From Anaerolineae bacterium (lineage in GTDB: Bacteria > Chloroflexota > Anaerolineae > UBA1429), in NCBI GenBank assembly GCA_040768605.1, contig JAXGMP010000001.1, positions 1,483,740 to 1,547,739 on the forward strand: 64,000 nucleotides of DNA, read 5' to 3'. Shown piece by piece: positions 47,967 through 58,913 of this stretch. Every line of letters begins with the position of its first letter. The first letter of the stretch is position 1. Under the pieces are notes generated by a model. That model searched no databases and had not been told where the DNA came from. It saw only the letters and a program-made list of their open reading frames with translations. A program made the position numbers and the translations under genes.

Positions 47967-48272
47967 ATGACGACTATGGCAATGGGCACGCGGACAAGAC
48001 AATCACTGATGCCCCGGATCCGTTTCCTCTGGCTGAGGTGTGGCTGTGGGGCCGAGTACAAGGTGCGGGTGGAGCGCATCGGCGAAGGGGAGCCTTTTGA
48101 GTGCGTATCGTGCGGCGCGCAGATCGCTGTGCGGCCCTTCGCCGGGGTGTTGGAGCTATTGCACCGCTACAGCGAGCTAGTGCTCAGGATCGAGGAGGAT
48201 CTGGAGATCGAGGGCGATACGGTCACGCCGAAGAAGCAGGGCGTGACGGCCGGGCCCAGCCCGGTCAAGTAG
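47967..48272 (+). CDS. Small zinc-ribbon protein, hypothetical
   Basis: 101 aa with CGCG...CVSCG (C4). Followed by a terminator-like hairpin. No clear RBS. Confidence 0.4.
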   Translation: MTTMAMGTRTRQSLMPRIRFLWLRCGCGAEYKVRVERIGEGEPFECVSCGAQIAVRPFAGVLELLHRYSELVLRIEEDLEIEGDTVTPKKQGVTAGPSPVK

Positions 48273-48317
48273 CGGCCTCCGGGGGCTACGCCCCGCCGGG
48301 AACTGCATAGGTACCGC

Positions 48318-48363
48318 TTGGCCACCGCGCAGGGAGACCTGCCGGCGGTGGCCCTCTTTCGGC
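48318..48363 (+). terminator. Compound hairpin (GGCCACCGCGCAGG-gaga-CCTGCcgGCGGTGGCC) followed by CUCUUUCGG
   Basis: Inverted repeat seen directly, downstream of the small zinc-ribbon ORF. Confidence 0.4.
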
Positions 48364-48451
48364 GGCCAAGCAGGCGTACCGCATCGACCCGGGAATATAG
48401 TCAGGGGCCGCCCCGCGGGGTGGCCCCTAACTGTCGGCGTAAAGTCGCCGT

Positions 48452-49255
48452 CTACTCCTCGACGATCTCGATCGTCAGGATCTTGTCACCCGGGGGAGGG
48501 GCCGGCACTGCGTCGGGGTTGCGCAGCGTGATCGCGTTCACCACGTCCATCCCCTCGATCACCTTCCCGAACACCGCATGCGCACCATCGAGGTGCGGCG
48601 TCGGTACGAAGGTGACGAAGAACTGGCTGCCGTTGGTGTTGGGCCCGGCGTTGGCCATCGAGACGATACCGGCCGAGTCATGCCGCAGCGCGGGCGAGAA
48701 CTCGTCGGCAAAGGTATAGCCGGGGCTACCCCTGCCCGTCCCGGTGGGGTCACCGGTCTGGGCCATAAAGCCGGCCAACACGCGATGGAAGGTGACCCCA
48801 TCGTAGTACCCCTCGCGGGCCAGGAAGACAAAGTTGTTCACGGTGAGCGGGGCGTCGTCCTCAAACAGGTCGATGACAAAGTCACCCTTTTCCGTCTTGA
48901 CGATGGCCCGGTAGTCCTTGCTCAGATCGAGGGCCATGGCGGGTGGCTGGGACCAGGTCTTGCCCACGGGTTCTTCCTCCACAGGTGTGCTTGCAGCGAC
49001 AGGGGTCGGTTCGATGGTAGCCGTCGGCTGGGCCGCGGCGCTCGGGCGCCGGCTCAGCCAGTAGGCCACTAGGACCACGGCAATGGCCACCGCCACGATG
49101 CCGAGCGATACCCACAGATCGGTCAGTCGGCTCTTCTTTTCGTCCTTCTTGGGTGGCGGTGGTGGCGCCGGCTTGGGCCGCGTCACAGGCGCCGAGCCTC
49201 GCCGCGTGCGCGCCACCTGGCGCCGGCGTGATAGCACGTCTTTCTTCTTGGCCAT
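48452..49255 (-). CDS. Membrane-anchored cyclophilin-type peptidyl-prolyl cis-trans isomerase
   Basis: ATG at 49255 (MAKKKDVL...), TM anchor, Pro-rich linker and cyclophilin domain ([15 protein letters not shown]...FFVTF). The 62-codon ORF-track extension is rejected. Confidence 0.85.
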   Translation of the reverse strand: MAKKKDVLSRRRQVARTRRGSAPVTRPKPAPPPPPKKDEKKSRLTDLWVSLGIVAVAIAVVLVAYWLSRRPSAAAQPTATIEPTPVAASTPVEEEPVGKTWSQPPAMALDLSKDYRAIVKTEKGDFVIDLFEDDAPLTVNNFVFLAREGYYDGVTFHRVLAGFMAQTGDPTGTGRGSPGYTFADEFSPALRHDSAGIVSMANAGPNTNGSQFFVTFVPTPHLDGAHAVFGKVIEGMDVVNAITLRNPDAVPAPPPGDKILTIEIVEE

Positions 49256-49343
49256 ACGTAACCCCCATAGATGATGGCTAGACTCTGTAGATCTGTTGGA
49301 GCCGACCTGCCGGCCCCGGACGTGGCGCGCGACTGCCGACGCC

Positions 49344-50375
49344 CTACGGGGCGGGGTCGCCAACCTGCTGGGGCGGATCAGCGAGAGGCACCTGCTCAAA
49401 GCGCCAGATCGCATAGCCGCAGCCAGCCAGGACCAGCGCACCCAGCGCGTACCCCTCGAGGATGCTCGCCTGCGTCAGGAACACGGCCAGCAGGCCGAAA
49501 CACCCGCCGGCCAGGTAAAGCGTCAGCACTGCCTCGCGCGGTGTCTCTCCGAGGCGCACCAGCCGATGCGAAAGGTGATCCTTCCCGGGCGTGGTGAGCG
49601 GGTTCAGGCCGCGGCGCAGGCGCGAGATCGTCACCAGGGCCGTGTCCAGGATCGGCAGGCCCAGCGTCATCACGGGCACCATCCAGGTCACAAAGGTGAC
49701 GTTGTTCGGAAAGCGCAGCTTGATGCCCACCGCCGCCAGCATAAAGCCGATGAACAGGGCCCCCGCATCCCCCATAAAGATGCTGGCCGGGTTCAGGTTA
49801 TAGCGGAGAAAGCCCAAGCAAGCCCCCAAGAGCGCCGCCGCCAGCAGGCCCACCAGGTACTGGCCGCTCATGGCGGCCATCAGCAGGAAAAAGGCCGCCG
49901 CGACGGTGCCGATGCCCCCCGCCAGGCCGTCCATGTTGTCCAACAGGTTGAACGCGTTGGTGATGCCCACCACCCACAGCAGCGTGAGGGCCAGGTTGAT
50001 GGCCGCTGGCACCGGCAGGCGTACCTGCACGCCCGATAGCACCAGGATCGATGCGGCCGCCGCCTGGCCGGCCAGCTTGGCCCACGCGCCCACCCCCTGG
50101 CGATCATCCAGGAGGCCCAGGAGCGAGCAGAAGGTCGCCCCTACCAGAATGCCCACGGCCTCGCGAACGTAGAACCGATCGCCAAGCAGCAGGAGCGCCA
50201 CGATAAAGGCCACATAGATGGCCACCCCGCCCAGAAGCGGCGTGGGCCGCACGTGCACCTTGCGGGCGGCCGGCTGGTCGACCACGCCCAACCGCACGGC
50301 CAGCCGTCGCGCCACGGGCGTAGCCGAAATGGCCCCGACGAACGCCGTAATGAGCACCAGGGCATATTGCGTCAT
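49344..50375 (-). CDS. WecA/MraY-family polyprenyl-phosphate N-acetylhexosamine-1-phosphate transferase
   Basis: Motifs [15 protein letters not shown] and DAGALFIGF with ten TM segments. ATGA overlap with the upstream TPR/ligase gene. Confidence 0.9.
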   Translation of the reverse strand: MTQYALVLITAFVGAISATPVARRLAVRLGVVDQPAARKVHVRPTPLLGGVAIYVAFIVALLLLGDRFYVREAVGILVGATFCSLLGLLDDRQGVGAWAKLAGQAAAASILVLSGVQVRLPVPAAINLALTLLWVVGITNAFNLLDNMDGLAGGIGTVAAAFFLLMAAMSGQYLVGLLAAALLGACLGFLRYNLNPASIFMGDAGALFIGFMLAAVGIKLRFPNNVTFVTWMVPVMTLGLPILDTALVTISRLRRGLNPLTTPGKDHLSHRLVRLGETPREAVLTLYLAGGCFGLLAVFLTQASILEGYALGALVLAGCGYAIWRFEQVPLADPPQQVGDPAP

Positions 50376-53300
50376 GGATGGGGGGTGTCCTTTCCGGCTG
50401 CAGTGCTCGCTTCGGCCAGGAGCGCCTGGAGCGCCGCCCGCTCCGCCTCGGGGGCCAGCCCCAGGGCGCGCTCAAGGTGAGGCAGCGCCTCCGCCGGGCG
50501 CCCGGTGCCAAGATACAGCTGGGCCAGCGCACGGTGGGCAGTATAGTCATCTGGGCTCAGGTTGAGAAGTTTCGTCAACGCCTGCTCGGCGTCGGCCCAG
50601 CGCTGCAGATGAACGAGATGGTCCGCCAGGGCACGCCAGGCCGCCACAAACCCGTCATCCAGCGTCACGGCCCGCTGGTACGCGTCCACCGCCGCCTCGG
50701 CGTCTCCCAGGCGCGAGTAGGCGTCCCCGAGGTAGCCCCACAGCGGGGGCACCTTGTAGTTCACCTCCAGGCCCCTCTGGTAGGCGTGGATGGCGTTCTG
50801 CCACTCCTCCAGGTTGGAGTAGGCAACGCCGAGGGCTGCCCAGGCCTGCAACGACGTGGCGTCCAGCTCCGTCGCGCGGGTATAGGCCTCCACCGCGCCG
50901 CGCCAGTCTCCGCGGGCCTTGCGCAGCTCGCCGACCAGGAGATACGTCTGTGCATACTCGTCATCAATAGCCAGCGACTCGGTGTACTTGGCCTCGGCGC
51001 CGTCCAGATCGCCGAGGTCCATGTAGGTCAGCGCCCACTCGTTGCGCATCGGGGCGCTGTTGGGGCTGAGCGCCACGGCCCGCTCGTAGGTGGCCAGCGC
51101 CTGCAGACGCATGTCCCGCGCCAGGGCCGGGTCGTCGGTATCGAACGCCCACCGCCGATAGAGCCGCGCGATGTTGGCGGTGTGGTCGGTGTTCAGCGGG
51201 TTGAGGCCTTGCGCCTCCTCGAGGGCCAGCAAGGCCTCCTCGTAGGCCGCGTCCCGCGCTGCGGCGTCCTTTTCGGCGGCGGCCACCTCGAGAAGGGCGC
51301 GGCCCAGGAACAGGAGATAGTGGTCCTGATCCGGTTCCATGAGATGGGCCTGCTCGTAGAGCTTCGCCGCCTCGCTCCAGAATTGCGCCGAGTCGTACCG
51401 GTAGCCCTCCTTGTAGACGACGTCGGCCCGCACCATGCGCACATTGCGTACGTTCACGAACAAGAGAACGCCGACCAGCGCCGCGGCCGCAGCGATAGGC
51501 GTGGCCGGGTGCCGCCAGGCGGGGGAGCCGGACGCCCGTGGCCACAAGAACGCCGTGAGCGCCAGCCACACCGCCACGACCACGGCGATGAGACCGGCCA
51601 GCAGGTCAGCAGGGTTGCTGACCCGAGTCAGCGCGCGCGCGTGCAGGGTAGCGTAGGCCATCGCCAAGCCCGCGGCGATGGCCACAAAGAGCCCGCCCGC
51701 CCCGCACCACCAGGCGGCCGAACGCCGCTCTCCACTGCGGGCCGCCGCACCGGCCACGCACAGGAGGCCGCCGGCGGCGAAGGTGCTCAGGAACAGGCCG
51801 ACCATGCCCAGGCTTTCGACGTCAGGCCGGCCCACAGCCGCCAGGCTGGTCAGTGACTGCACCAGGACAGCCCCCGGGTTGGTCGACCCCAGAGGGTTGG
51901 TCGTATAGTCCCACACCATCACCGCCAGCACCAGGCCGGCCAGGAGGGCGGGCGCCGTCACCGGGTGAGCGCCCAGTCGCTCGACCAGCGGGCTGCGCCG
52001 GCGGGTTGGCTGCCGGCGCACGCCGCGCCGCCTGGCTGCCTGCGGCGCAGCCACGACGGCAGCGGGCAGAGCCTCTGTTGCTTCCTCAGCCGTCGGCAGC
52101 CAGCCCTGGCCGAGAACCACCAACAGGCCGGCATACGCCCAAAAGTAGGTGCGAGTCGCGGCGACGGCGATGCCCAAGTTGATCTCCAGAAAGTGCGCCG
52201 CAACGCCGGCCACGAGGGCGGCGATGAGGAGCGCCTCCGCCGGGCCGCGGCGCTCCGACGGCCCGCCCGCCGATCGGCCGGACGCGACCGCCTCAACCGA
52301 GAGGCCCGCCGCATAGGCGGCCACGCCTGCCAGCATCCCCAGCGGCTGCCCCACGCCGATGTACCGCCAAGAACCGTCCAAGAGCACCGGCAGCGCCGTG
52401 CCCAGCACCCCGCCGGCCGCCATGCACAAAAGGAAGGCGCGCCGGCGCCCGGGCGTCGCCAGCAGGCCCATCCAGTGCAACCCATAGTAGAAGACACTGC
52501 CGAACAGTAGCAGGTGAGCAGCCAGACCCAGCACGCCGGTGGTGATCAGGGCGTCAAACGTCTCGTTGTGGGCGCGATCCGGCGAGCGGTTGCGCGCCTC
52601 ATAGTGGCCCAGCTCCGCCGGGTAGAAGGGCGTAAAGGCCACGTACATTGCCTCGGGGCCGTAGCCGATCAGGGCCCGCGCCGGATCGGAGGCCACCATC
52701 TCCGCCGCGCCCTCCCAGATCAGCAGGCGCACCTTGCCGGTGCCGCCCTCCGTCTCCAGGAGTTGCCCCAGGCGGCCGACGTAGGGCACCTCGCGCAGGG
52801 GCGCAAAGGGGGAGTTCGGCACGTTCAGCCAGACGATGAAGGCCGCCAGGGCCAGGCCTCCTATCGTGACCAGCAGCGCCAGCCGCCTCCGGCCTACTGC
52901 CAGGAGGTACAGCAGCAGGAACAGGGCCAGACCGGTGGCCAGGCCCAGCCAGGGGCCGCGGCTCTGGGTGAAGAAGAGGCACACCGCCTGCGCGCTCAGA
53001 GCCAGCAGGTGGGCGCCGAGCAGCAGGTACCTGGCCAGCGGTTTCCTGGCCGCGACGCCCACCAGCGCCAGGCCCACGACGCCCGCCGCCGAGATGGCCA
53101 GCCCCGCGCCAAAGCCGAGGAGCGCCCAGCCAGCCACTTCGGCGAGGAGAACCACCGCAGCGCCCGCGCCGAGCAGTACCCGCGCTCGGCGGCCCTCGCC
53201 CGCAGGCCCGCCCGTCACCAGCCCGACCACGCGCGCCAGGCAAAGGGGCAGCACCATGATCAGGTAGGCCGCCACAAAGATGGGGTTCCCCATGTTCGAG

Positions 53301-53842
53301 GCGACCCGGAAGGTCGTATCTCCGCCCCACGGCAGCGGGTCCAGCTGATAGTGCTGCAGCATGCCGTACAGCGAGATGGGCAGGCTGGTCAGGATGACCA
53401 CGGTGACCAGGCGGTCCAGCTGCTCGCGCCGGCGCAGCGTCGTCAGCAGGGCCGCAAAGATCACCATGTACGAGAGCAGCGAATAGGTGCCCTGCAGCCG
53501 CTGGTACGAGCCCCACAGGCTGATGCGCGGCACCACCGAGAAGGCCGTCGATAGCAGGTGGACGCCGGCGAGGATCAGGGCCGGCACAACGAGCGGCGCC
53601 CGCCAGCCGACCCGCGGTGTGGAGGGCCCGGACCCCACGGTCCTGCCTGCCAGACGCTCGTCGGCGTACCTGACCACGATGGCCAGCGCCATCAGCGTGG
53701 CGATCGACCTCAGGATGGCCAGCTTGTCGGGCTCAAAAACGCGGCTCGAGTAGACGTTGAAGAAGAGAGGGATGATGGCTAGGGCCAGCAACCAGCCGGC
53801 CTCCAGCACAGCGTCGCATATTCCACTGATCTTTGTGCGCAT
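50372..53842 (-). CDS. Large polytopic membrane protein with an O-antigen-ligase/polymerase-like domain and a C-terminal TPR-repeat region
   Basis: ATG at 53842 ([12 protein letters not shown]...), more than 20 TM helices, and a C-terminal run of about ten TPR repeats ([18 protein letters not shown]...). The 93-codon Gly/Arg/Pro ORF-track extension is rejected. Confidence 0.85.
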   Translation of the reverse strand: MRTKISGICDAVLEAGWLLALAIIPLFFNVYSSRVFEPDKLAILRSIATLMALAIVVRYADERLAGRTVGSGPSTPRVGWRAPLVVPALILAGVHLLSTAFSVVPRISLWGSYQRLQGTYSLLSYMVIFAALLTTLRRREQLDRLVTVVILTSLPISLYGMLQHYQLDPLPWGGDTTFRVASNMGNPIFVAAYLIMVLPLCLARVVGLVTGGPAGEGRRARVLLGAGAAVVLLAEVAGWALLGFGAGLAISAAGVVGLALVGVAARKPLARYLLLGAHLLALSAQAVCLFFTQSRGPWLGLATGLALFLLLYLLAVGRRRLALLVTIGGLALAAFIVWLNVPNSPFAPLREVPYVGRLGQLLETEGGTGKVRLLIWEGAAEMVASDPARALIGYGPEAMYVAFTPFYPAELGHYEARNRSPDRAHNETFDALITTGVLGLAAHLLLFGSVFYYGLHWMGLLATPGRRRAFLLCMAAGGVLGTALPVLLDGSWRYIGVGQPLGMLAGVAAYAAGLSVEAVASGRSAGGPSERRGPAEALLIAALVAGVAAHFLEINLGIAVAATRTYFWAYAGLLVVLGQGWLPTAEEATEALPAAVVAAPQAARRRGVRRQPTRRRSPLVERLGAHPVTAPALLAGLVLAVMVWDYTTNPLGSTNPGAVLVQSLTSLAAVGRPDVESLGMVGLFLSTFAAGGLLCVAGAAARSGERRSAAWWCGAGGLFVAIAAGLAMAYATLHARALTRVSNPADLLAGLIAVVVAVWLALTAFLWPRASGSPAWRHPATPIAAAAALVGVLLFVNVRNVRMVRADVVYKEGYRYDSAQFWSEAAKLYEQAHLMEPDQDHYLLFLGRALLEVAAAEKDAAARDAAYEEALLALEEAQGLNPLNTDHTANIARLYRRWAFDTDDPALARDMRLQALATYERAVALSPNSAPMRNEWALTYMDLGDLDGAEAKYTESLAIDDEYAQTYLLVGELRKARGDWRGAVEAYTRATELDATSLQAWAALGVAYSNLEEWQNAIHAYQRGLEVNYKVPPLWGYLGDAYSRLGDAEAAVDAYQRAVTLDDGFVAAWRALADHLVHLQRWADAEQALTKLLNLSPDDYTAHRALAQLYLGTGRPAEALPHLERALGLAPEAERAALQALLAEASTAAGKDTPHP

Positions 53843-53979
53843 GCCCGCCAACCTGGTACTGTTTGACCCGACGAAGCATGCCGGGCCGACGTTCAATACG
53901 GCACCTGTAGTGAAACCGTCAAGAAAGGGCCTGCCGCCGTCGTCACCTTCACCGGGCCGGGCCCGCCTAGGCCCCCGGC

Positions 53980-55113
53980 CTAGCCTCGGTGGCTGGCCGC
54001 CCGCCGTAGGGCCTCCCGGTACACGGTGTGGATGCCGGCCACCATCTGCTCGACCGACAGCTCCGCCGCCCGGGCCCGCGCCCGTGCGCCGAGCGCCCGC
54101 CGCAGCGAGCCATCTCGGCACAGGATGCGGATGGCCTTGGCCAGCGCCTCCGTACCGCGCGCCGGCACGACCAGCCCCGTCTCACCGTGCTGGTTCACGA
54201 AACTCGTCCCCGTGCCCAGCTCGGTCGACACCACGGGCAGCCCGGCGTGCATCGCCTCCAGCTGGACGAGCCCGTAGGCCTCGGACCGCTCGCTGGCCGG
54301 CAGTACAAAGAGATCCGCGGCACCATAGTAGGTGGGCAGGTCCTCGTCCGGCACGCGTCCGCAGAACACCACCCGTTCCTGCAAGCTGAGCTCCCGTGCC
54401 AGGGCCCTCCAGGCCTCGCCCATGGGGCCCTCCCCCACCACGAGGAGCGTCCCGGCGACCTCGGGCATGGCCCGCAGCAGGTAGTCCAGCCCCTTATAGT
54501 ACCGCAACACGCCCACAAAGAGGAGCAGCGGCCCCGCTGTCGCAAAGCGCGCCCGCAGCTGCTGCACCCGGTCCGCATCTGGTGCGGCAAAGCGCCGCCC
54601 ATCGATGCCGTAGGGCACCACGCGGCACTTGTCCGCCAGGGCCCGCAGGACGGGCGAGCTCTCCAGGTAGTTAGGGCTGCCGACGATGATGCGGTCCGCC
54701 TTGTTCAGGGCACGCAGCATCAGTGGCCGGTACAGGGCCAGAAGGCGCTTCTGCCGCACGACGTCGCTGTGGTAGGTCACGACGGTGGCCCGGCTGCGCC
54801 CTACCAGGTACTGCGCCAGCTCGCCGACCGGATAAGGGAAATGCACATGGGCGACGTCGGCCTCGAGGCCGGCCAGTTCCAGCGGCAGGCTCAGGCTCAG
54901 CGGGGTAGAGGCCACCGTGGCCAGGCGCCCGGCCTTGAGCACGTGCACGCCGCCGCGGTATTCCTCCGTCGTCTGCGGCCCGGTGTTGGCCACCAGCACC
55001 GTCACGTCGTCCCCCGCGGCAGCCTGGGCCTCCGCCACCAGCCGCACGTGGTTCTCGATCCCCCCCACTACCGGGGCATAGTCCTTGTAGATGTGCACGA
55101 CGCGCATGCTCAT
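53980..55113 (-). CDS. Glycosyltransferase family 4
   Basis: GT4 fold with N-terminal YAPVVGGIENHV and a C-terminal E-x7-E region. ATGA overlap with the upstream GT4. Confidence 0.9.
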   Translation of the reverse strand: MSMRVVHIYKDYAPVVGGIENHVRLVAEAQAAAGDDVTVLVANTGPQTTEEYRGGVHVLKAGRLATVASTPLSLSLPLELAGLEADVAHVHFPYPVGELAQYLVGRSRATVVTYHSDVVRQKRLLALYRPLMLRALNKADRIIVGSPNYLESSPVLRALADKCRVVPYGIDGRRFAAPDADRVQQLRARFATAGPLLLFVGVLRYYKGLDYLLRAMPEVAGTLLVVGEGPMGEAWRALARELSLQERVVFCGRVPDEDLPTYYGAADLFVLPASERSEAYGLVQLEAMHAGLPVVSTELGTGTSFVNQHGETGLVVPARGTEALAKAIRILCRDGSLRRALGARARARAAELSVEQMVAGIHTVYREALRRAASHRG

Positions 55114-56279
55114 TGCCCCGCCCCTTTGGGCGCTGGGCCACCCCCGAGCACCTGCGCGTACACGGCCTCGGTCTCCGCGATCTCGCGGGGCAGGCCAAAG
55201 AGGGCTCTTACACGCGCCAACCCCTTGGCCCCCAACCTGGCCGCCTCACCGGGATCCCGGAGCAGCCGCAGCAGGGCGCTGGCCAGCTCGGCAGGCGAGC
55301 GGGACGTCACCAGCAGGCCCGTCTCGCCGTCGACGACCGCTTCTGGGATGCCCCCGACCCGCGACGCCACCACCGGCAGGCCGGCTGCCATCGCCTCCAG
55401 AATGCTCAGGTTCATACCCTCCCACCCGGCGGTCGCGTGCACCAGCAAGTCTGAGGCGGCCAGCAGGGCGGGCACGTCGTCGCGCTGGCCCGTCAGTATC
55501 ACCTGCTGCCTGAGCCACAGGCCGTCCACCAGATCCTCAACCCGAGCGCGGTAAGGACCGTCCCCCACGATAAGCAGGCGGGCGCCCGGCAGCTCCTCGC
55601 GCACCTGGCGAAAGGCGATCAGGAGCGTCTCAAAGTCGCGCGGGCGGTACAGCCGGCAAACCATGGTCGCCACCCTGGCATCCGCAGGGAGCCCCAACCT
55701 GCGCCGCGTCTCCTGGCGCGCCAGAGCGGGCCCTCCGCCCACCCCAAGCGCGGGCAGGTCGATTCCGTTGTACACGACTGCGATGCGCTCGGGCGCACAC
55801 ACTTGCGCCGCCAGCAGCTCAGACCGCTGCGCCTGGGCCACGGCGATGACCGCATCGGTATAGCGGGCCAAGGCACGCTCCAGCGCCAGGAGAACGGCCG
55901 ACGCGGGCCGGCGATAGTGCGGCGCGGCAAAGGCGTGCACGGTGTACACCACCCGCGGCCGCGCGGAGCCCAGCGCCGCCGCGGCCAGCCGGCCATAGAA
56001 AGCGGCGCGCGGCCCATGGACGTGCATCAGGTCCGCGTTCTGCGCCAGCCTCCGCAGGGCGCTCAGCGCCCGGAGCGAAAGGCCCCGCTCCAGTGGCAGG
56101 ACGTGCACGGCCGCCCCCGCCCCGCGCAGGTCGCCCGCAGACACGCTGCCTCCATCATCGGGCAGGGCCACCTGTATGTCGTAGCGCGCAGGGTCCAGGC
56201 CGCGCACCAGGTCGCGCACGTGCACCGCGCCGCCGCCCCGCGACGAGGCGATCACCTGCAGCAGGCGCACCTTGCTCAT
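55110..56279 (-). CDS. Glycosyltransferase family 4
   Basis: ATG at 56279 (MSKVRLLQVIASSRGGGAVHV). C-terminal GT4 motifs (EGMNLSILEAMAAGLPVVAS). Confidence 0.88.
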   Translation of the reverse strand: MSKVRLLQVIASSRGGGAVHVRDLVRGLDPARYDIQVALPDDGGSVSAGDLRGAGAAVHVLPLERGLSLRALSALRRLAQNADLMHVHGPRAAFYGRLAAAALGSARPRVVYTVHAFAAPHYRRPASAVLLALERALARYTDAVIAVAQAQRSELLAAQVCAPERIAVVYNGIDLPALGVGGGPALARQETRRRLGLPADARVATMVCRLYRPRDFETLLIAFRQVREELPGARLLIVGDGPYRARVEDLVDGLWLRQQVILTGQRDDVPALLAASDLLVHATAGWEGMNLSILEAMAAGLPVVASRVGGIPEAVVDGETGLLVTSRSPAELASALLRLLRDPGEAARLGAKGLARVRALFGLPREIAETEAVYAQVLGGGPAPKGAGQ

Positions 56280-56307
56280 GGGGTACCCCCCGCAGGGCAG
56301 GGCGCCC

Positions 56308-56961
56308 TCACGGCTGCCCCCGGGCGGCCAGCATGGCCTCAATCCGCGAGCAGATCATGCCCAGCGCCACGTCGTTGTGGCCCCCCTCGGGCACGATGAC
56401 GTCGGCGTACCGCTTGGACGGCTCCACGAACTCCAGGTGCATGGGGCGCACGGTCTCCATGTACTGGCCCAGTACCGAACTGAGCGAACGGCCGCGCTCC
56501 TCCACGTCGCGCCGCAGCCGGCGGATGAGCCGCACGTCGGCATCGGCGTCCACGTAGATCTTGATGTCCATCAGCGCCCGCAGGCGCGGGTTGGTGAAGA
56601 CCAAGATCCCCTCCACGAGGATGGCCGGGCGCGGGTCCACGCGGCGCGTCTCGCGCTTGCGCACATAGTTGGAAAAGTCGTAGATCGGCACACAGACCGG
56701 AAAGCCATCCAGCAGGCGCTGTAGGTGTGCCAACAGCAGATCGTCCTCCAGGGCATCCGGATGGTCAAAGTTGCACTTGCGGCGCTCCTCGAGGGGCAGG
56801 CCGCTTAGGTCGCGATAATACGAGTCATGCTGGATGTAGGCGACCCGGTCGCGCCCGACGCGAGCGAGGATCGTGTTCGAGATCGTCGTCTTGCCCGATC
56901 CGGTCCCGCCGGCCACGCCGACCACGATCGGTTTGTGCGCTGCGCTCAGGTTCACGCTCAT
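56308..56961 (-). CDS. udk: Uridine kinase
   Basis: ATG at 56961. P-loop GVAGGTGSGKTT and the uridine-kinase core (YIQHDSYYRD...NFDHPDA). The long upstream ORF-track extension is rejected. Confidence 0.92.
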   Translation of the reverse strand: MSVNLSAAHKPIVVGVAGGTGSGKTTISNTILARVGRDRVAYIQHDSYYRDLSGLPLEERRKCNFDHPDALEDDLLLAHLQRLLDGFPVCVPIYDFSNYVRKRETRRVDPRPAILVEGILVFTNPRLRALMDIKIYVDADADVRLIRRLRRDVEERGRSLSSVLGQYMETVRPMHLEFVEPSKRYADVIVPEGGHNDVALGMICSRIEAMLAARGQP

Positions 56962-57177
56962 GGGTGGGTCCCCGTCACTCCACGATAAAGGTCCGGCCGG
57001 CCGGGTGAGTATAAGTGCGGGGGGCGTCCTCGTCAACGGGTGGGAGCGCCCACCGCGGCACTGCTTGACAGCCCCGCCCCCACTGGGGCATAGTGCCGCC
57101 GTACGTGCGCGGGCGCCGAGCCACCCCGGCCAGCCCGTGCAACCAGTTGGTACCGCCAGTAAAGCAAGGAGCATAGC

Positions 57178-57963
57178 ATGGCCCAGCCCATCCCGATCGG
57201 CATGTGCATCAACCCTGACAAGGTCTCCGAGTTGGCCCCCGGCTACGACTACCTGGAGCTCACCGTCTCGGGGGCGCTGAACCCCCTCGAGGACGATGCC
57301 ACCATGGCCCCGCGCCTGGCGTCGCTGAAGGCGCTGCAGCCCCCGGTGCGGGCCTTCAACGTGTTCGTGCCCGGGGCGCTCCGCATCACCGGCCCGGAGG
57401 TAGATTGGGACCGCCTGGCCGGTTATGTCGACCGCGCCGTGGCGCGCGCCCAGGCGCTCGGCGGCAAGATCATCGTCTTTGGCTCCGGCGGGGCGCGTAG
57501 CATTCCCGAGGGGTTCCGCCGCGACGAGGCCTGGAAGCAGTTGGTGCGCTTCTGCAACCTCTGCGCCGACCGCCTGGAGGGCTCCGGCGTCACCCTGGCG
57601 ATCGAGCCGCTCAACCGCAAAGAGTCGAACGTGCTGAACACCTACCTCGAGGGCGTCCGCCTGGCCAAGGACACCAACCGCCCCAACGAGATCAAGGTGC
57701 TGGCCGACATCTATCACTTTATGATGGATGAGGAGCCCCTCGACGACATCCTGCAGGCCCCCGAGTGGCTGGCCCACGTGCACCTGGCCGATTCAGGCCG
57801 CCTGAACCCCGGCACCGGCACCTACCCGCTGCGCCGCTGGTTCGATATCCTCCGCGAGGTCGGCTACCAGGGCATGGCCTCGGTCGAGTGCCGCTTTGGC
57901 GACGACTATACTAAGCAGACGGCCGAGTCGCTGGCCTTCTTGCGGCCACTGGCCGGCTGGTAG
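57178..57963 (+). CDS. Sugar-phosphate isomerase/epimerase (xylose-isomerase-like TIM barrel), paralogue 1
   Basis: AAGGAG upstream. TIM-barrel family motifs (LAIEPLN..., HVHLAD). Confidence 0.9.
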   Translation: MAQPIPIGMCINPDKVSELAPGYDYLELTVSGALNPLEDDATMAPRLASLKALQPPVRAFNVFVPGALRITGPEVDWDRLAGYVDRAVARAQALGGKIIVFGSGGARSIPEGFRRDEAWKQLVRFCNLCADRLEGSGVTLAIEPLNRKESNVLNTYLEGVRLAKDTNRPNEIKVLADIYHFMMDEEPLDDILQAPEWLAHVHLADSGRLNPGTGTYPLRRWFDILREVGYQGMASVECRFGDDYTKQTAESLAFLRPLAGW

Positions 57964-58028
57964 GGTCCTGAGGGCTTCGCCAGCACATCGCCCGGAGCGC
58001 ACACCGTCCGGAGCAAGGAGCAGATGAG

Positions 58029-58808
58029 ATGCCTAAGCGCATCCCGATCGGTATGTGTGGCAACCTCGAGGAGTTCGCCATGCTGGCCCCCGGGTACGAC
58101 TACCTGGAGCCATCCGTGGCCCGCACCCTCAGCCCCCTGGAGGACGACGCGGCCATGGCCGAGCGCATGGCCGCTCTGCGGGCGCTGCAACCGCCCATCC
58201 GCGCCTTCAACATCTTTGTGCCCGAGGCCGTACCCCTGACGGGGCCAGCCGTGGACTGGGACAGGGTCGCGCTCTATGTGTCGCGGGGGCTGGGCCGCGC
58301 GGCGACGCTGGGCGCCAGGGTGATCGTCTTTGGCTCCGCGGCGGCCCGCCGGGTGCCCGACGGCTTCCCGTACCGAGAGGCCTGGGGGCAGCTGGTGCGC
58401 TTCCTGTCCATCTGTGCGGACCACGCCAGCGCGCAGAACCTCACCATTGCCATCGAGCCGGTCTATAGCTCGAACATCATCACCAGTTACCTCCAGGCCG
58501 TGGCCCTGGCCAAGGAAGTCGGCCGCGAGGAGATCAAGGTCGTGGCCGACATCATCCATTTCTGGAAGGTGAACGAGCCCCTCGAGGACATCTACCTGGC
58601 GCCCGAGTACGTCGCTCACGTGCACGTTTCGGACACGGAGCGCCGCGCTCCCGGCCCGGCAGACCCGCACGGGGCGGTGCAGCGCCTGTTTGAGATCCTC
58701 CACGACATAGGTTACCAGGGCCTGGCCTCGGTCGAGGCGCAGTTCGGCGACGACTACACTGCCGAATCGGCAGCGGCCCTCGCCTACCTGCGCGACCTGG
58801 CCGGCTAG
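58029..58808 (+). CDS. Sugar-phosphate isomerase/epimerase (xylose-isomerase-like TIM barrel), paralogue 2
   Basis: AAGGAG upstream. Clearly paralogous to the upstream gene along the full length (manual alignment). Confidence 0.9.
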   Translation: MPKRIPIGMCGNLEEFAMLAPGYDYLEPSVARTLSPLEDDAAMAERMAALRALQPPIRAFNIFVPEAVPLTGPAVDWDRVALYVSRGLGRAATLGARVIVFGSAAARRVPDGFPYREAWGQLVRFLSICADHASAQNLTIAIEPVYSSNIITSYLQAVALAKEVGREEIKVVADIIHFWKVNEPLEDIYLAPEYVAHVHVSDTERRAPGPADPHGAVQRLFEILHDIGYQGLASVEAQFGDDYTAESAAALAYLRDLAG

Positions 58809-58913
58809 CAGGGCGCCCCTCGCCACACGACGCGGCCGCTCCCCTTCGTCAGGAAGGGAGCGGCCGCCACGCTGTCGCCTGTGCGGGCCATGGCGGGCAG
58901 CGGTCCTGCGCCC

